From Proteromonas lacertae (lineage: Eukaryota), in assembly GCA_002245135.1 (NCBI GenBank), contig NGBS01000598.1, forward strand, positions 62,001 through 126,000: DNA of 64,000 nt, read 5' to 3'. Positions 62,116 to 64,000 of this stretch are shown piece by piece. The notes under the pieces are model-generated. The model had not been told where the DNA came from. It searched no databases and saw nothing but the letters and a program-made list of their open reading frames with translations. Position numbers and translations under genes: made by a program. Each line of letters opens with the position of its first letter. The stretch's first letter is position 1.

Positions 62116-63763
62116 CTGGGTTCGGCAGGTACAGGGACGGAACAGCACAGGAACAGCACAAATCACGAAAGTGACGTGTTTTTCCTAACTAAAAGAGTAA
62201 ATATGATTTTCATTAATTTATTTTTTATATTTTAGAAAAGTAAATAAGTCAGAAGTAGAGAAATAAACTATAAACATCATAAGAAATAATAATATTTTAT
62301 GAGTAATGACTATTTCAACTTCAGACTCTTCTCCTTCACTTGATTCACTCTCTTCATTGTTATAAACCTTATGTTTCTTAAAATAAAATAATTCATCTGC
62401 TAAATTAATATCGCTAATCCGCTAAAATTATCTAATATATATTTTATAATTGTATTACTTTTTTTCTTCACCAAGACTGTTTTGTATTTGTAGAAACTGA
62501 AATACCAATATCATTTCTTAAATCACATGAACCATAACATCTTTTATAATTTTTTTATTTGCTCTTTGTCAGATGACATATTAAGTAGTAATTCCTATTT
62601 AATTTTCTTAATTATTAAATAACTATCATTCAAATTTGCATCATCTCTGCTTGTATATTCGAGGAAAGATAAGTAGTAATTTTTTTCAATTTCTTCAACT
62701 TCTGTAATATGTTTATCATCAATTAATTCTTTATTCTTTAGAATTTCTTTATTGGAATTCTTTATTCTCCATCTTTTGGAGAAACCCTTTCTTATTCTAG
62801 GAATATTTTCATCTTTAAACTTATTTTTAATACTTCTACAATTGTTTAGTTGGTATTCTTTTACTTACGATATTAAAAATATGTGCTAAATATGCTTCGT
62901 TTTTGTTTCTACTAGTTGTGACAGCTTTCTCATCGTAGGTCTATTATCTGATACTATACTATAAACTTTGCCTAATGGAATTCCATATTTAGATAATGTT
63001 CTTTGTATAACATTTACTAGATTTTCTGCAATTTCGCTTTCATCTATAATAACACTTTCTAAAAAACACTAAATTTTTCTGTTTTATTATTAAATTTACT
63101 ACATCTTAATAATTGGTGTTTTTTCGCCCATCTATTAACAATGACACCTTATAATTTTTAAATATCCAACTCTAACTAACTTTACACCTTCAGAGTTAAT
63201 CATATCTATAACTATTTTTTACTGATGGAATTCTGAAGTTGTATGAAAATAAAAAAATGCAGCTTGATTAAAACAAGCCCTAAATGATTTTAGATTTTGA
63301 ATTTTGAGTGCTATAGTAGGAAAATTTGTTTTAGAGTATAATTTGATCAAAGAAAATCGATATATTAGAGTTACTAACTAAATAATTTAACTTGAGAATA
63401 AGTAATTATGAATATTAATAAATAAGCATATCATTGTAACTAAAAATAGTAGTAAATAGTTCAATATTATCAGGCTATATAAATGTAATAAGTAAAATGA
63501 AATATAAGATATATTTTTTTCAATTGTAAAGAAGAACACGGATATAGTGCGTTATATTTGAGCATTTGCTTATTGAATGATATTATAAAATAATAGCAAC
63601 AAAAAATCAACAGCTTAAAACAAAAAATATAGAGACAAAAAAACACGCATAAATAATACCGTGCTTTATGAAATGGACACATAGAATTACTGAGGAGTTT
63701 TGGTGAGTGAAAGGCACAACGAAAGGCACAAAACACGAAAGTGACGTGTTTTTCCGAACCCAG
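62116..63763 (-). mobile_element. Second-family hAT element, decayed transposase, perfect 8-bp TSD TAAAGATT
   Basis: TIRs CTGGGTTCGG and CCGAACCCAG; TSD at 62108-62115 and 63764-63771; minus-strand remnants VSLLIDG and SIVSDN. Confidence 0.9.
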
Positions 63764-64000
63764 TAAAGATTAATTATCTCTTTTCAAGGCTATTGAGAAA
63801 TCCAGAACTAACTGGTGTTTTACGATTTCATAAAAAGCCTTTTCAAGTTCTTTGGCATTTCCAAAATACTCTAGAACATGTATGTATTCATCATCTCGAT
63901 ATATCCAACTTTATTATTCACACTTTTTAGGATATTTTTGTTCTGTTATAGAGTGACAAATGATTATCATCAATATATACAACTGTTTTATTATAAACTA

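Noticed and set aside
1..64000. Blastocystis-type stop codons created by polyadenylation (TGTTTGTT motif)
   Set aside because: The genes I could trace have genomic stops, and the TGTTTGTT hits (~13852, 15247, 20058) do not follow stop-less frames.
63772..64000. Possible Tc1-like transposase remnant cut by the hAT
   Set aside because: Only a faint resemblance, many stops, truncated by the window edge.

Overview
AT-rich eukaryotic nuclear DNA with many very short (about 21-36 nt) GT-AG introns. Together with Ig/Cys-rich surface-protein and type I PKS remnants, this suggests a low-GC Blastocystis-like stramenopile (inference). 1-17.5 kb is compact host DNA: a head-to-head meiotic pair (HOP1 and a SPO16/PTD-like gene), IQ, BART and zinc-finger genes, a pseudokinase-LRR gene, an ankyrin gene, and a large Crinkler/RHS-type gene (P-loop NTPase, restriction-endonuclease fold, second NTPase, OTU deubiquitinase). 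18-64 kb is an accessory region. It holds a Polinton pPolB-like remnant split by a TGT..ACA foldback element with a 5-bp TSD, dispersed 5S rRNA genes, a second Crinkler-type gene, a 5.2-kb inverted duplication around a 9.7-kb spacer, two hAT families, and an unclassified 4.5-kb TIR element with GC-richer ORFs and a methyltransferase. It also holds pseudogene fragments (ACC, XRN, PKS, GT92) and an intronless, very tightly packed five-gene glycan-modification island (two AT3-SGNH O-acetyltransferases, a GT-B glycosyltransferase, an HtrL-like protein and a GT23 fucosyltransferase) between mobile elements. All product calls come from motifs recognised by eye; no searches were run.
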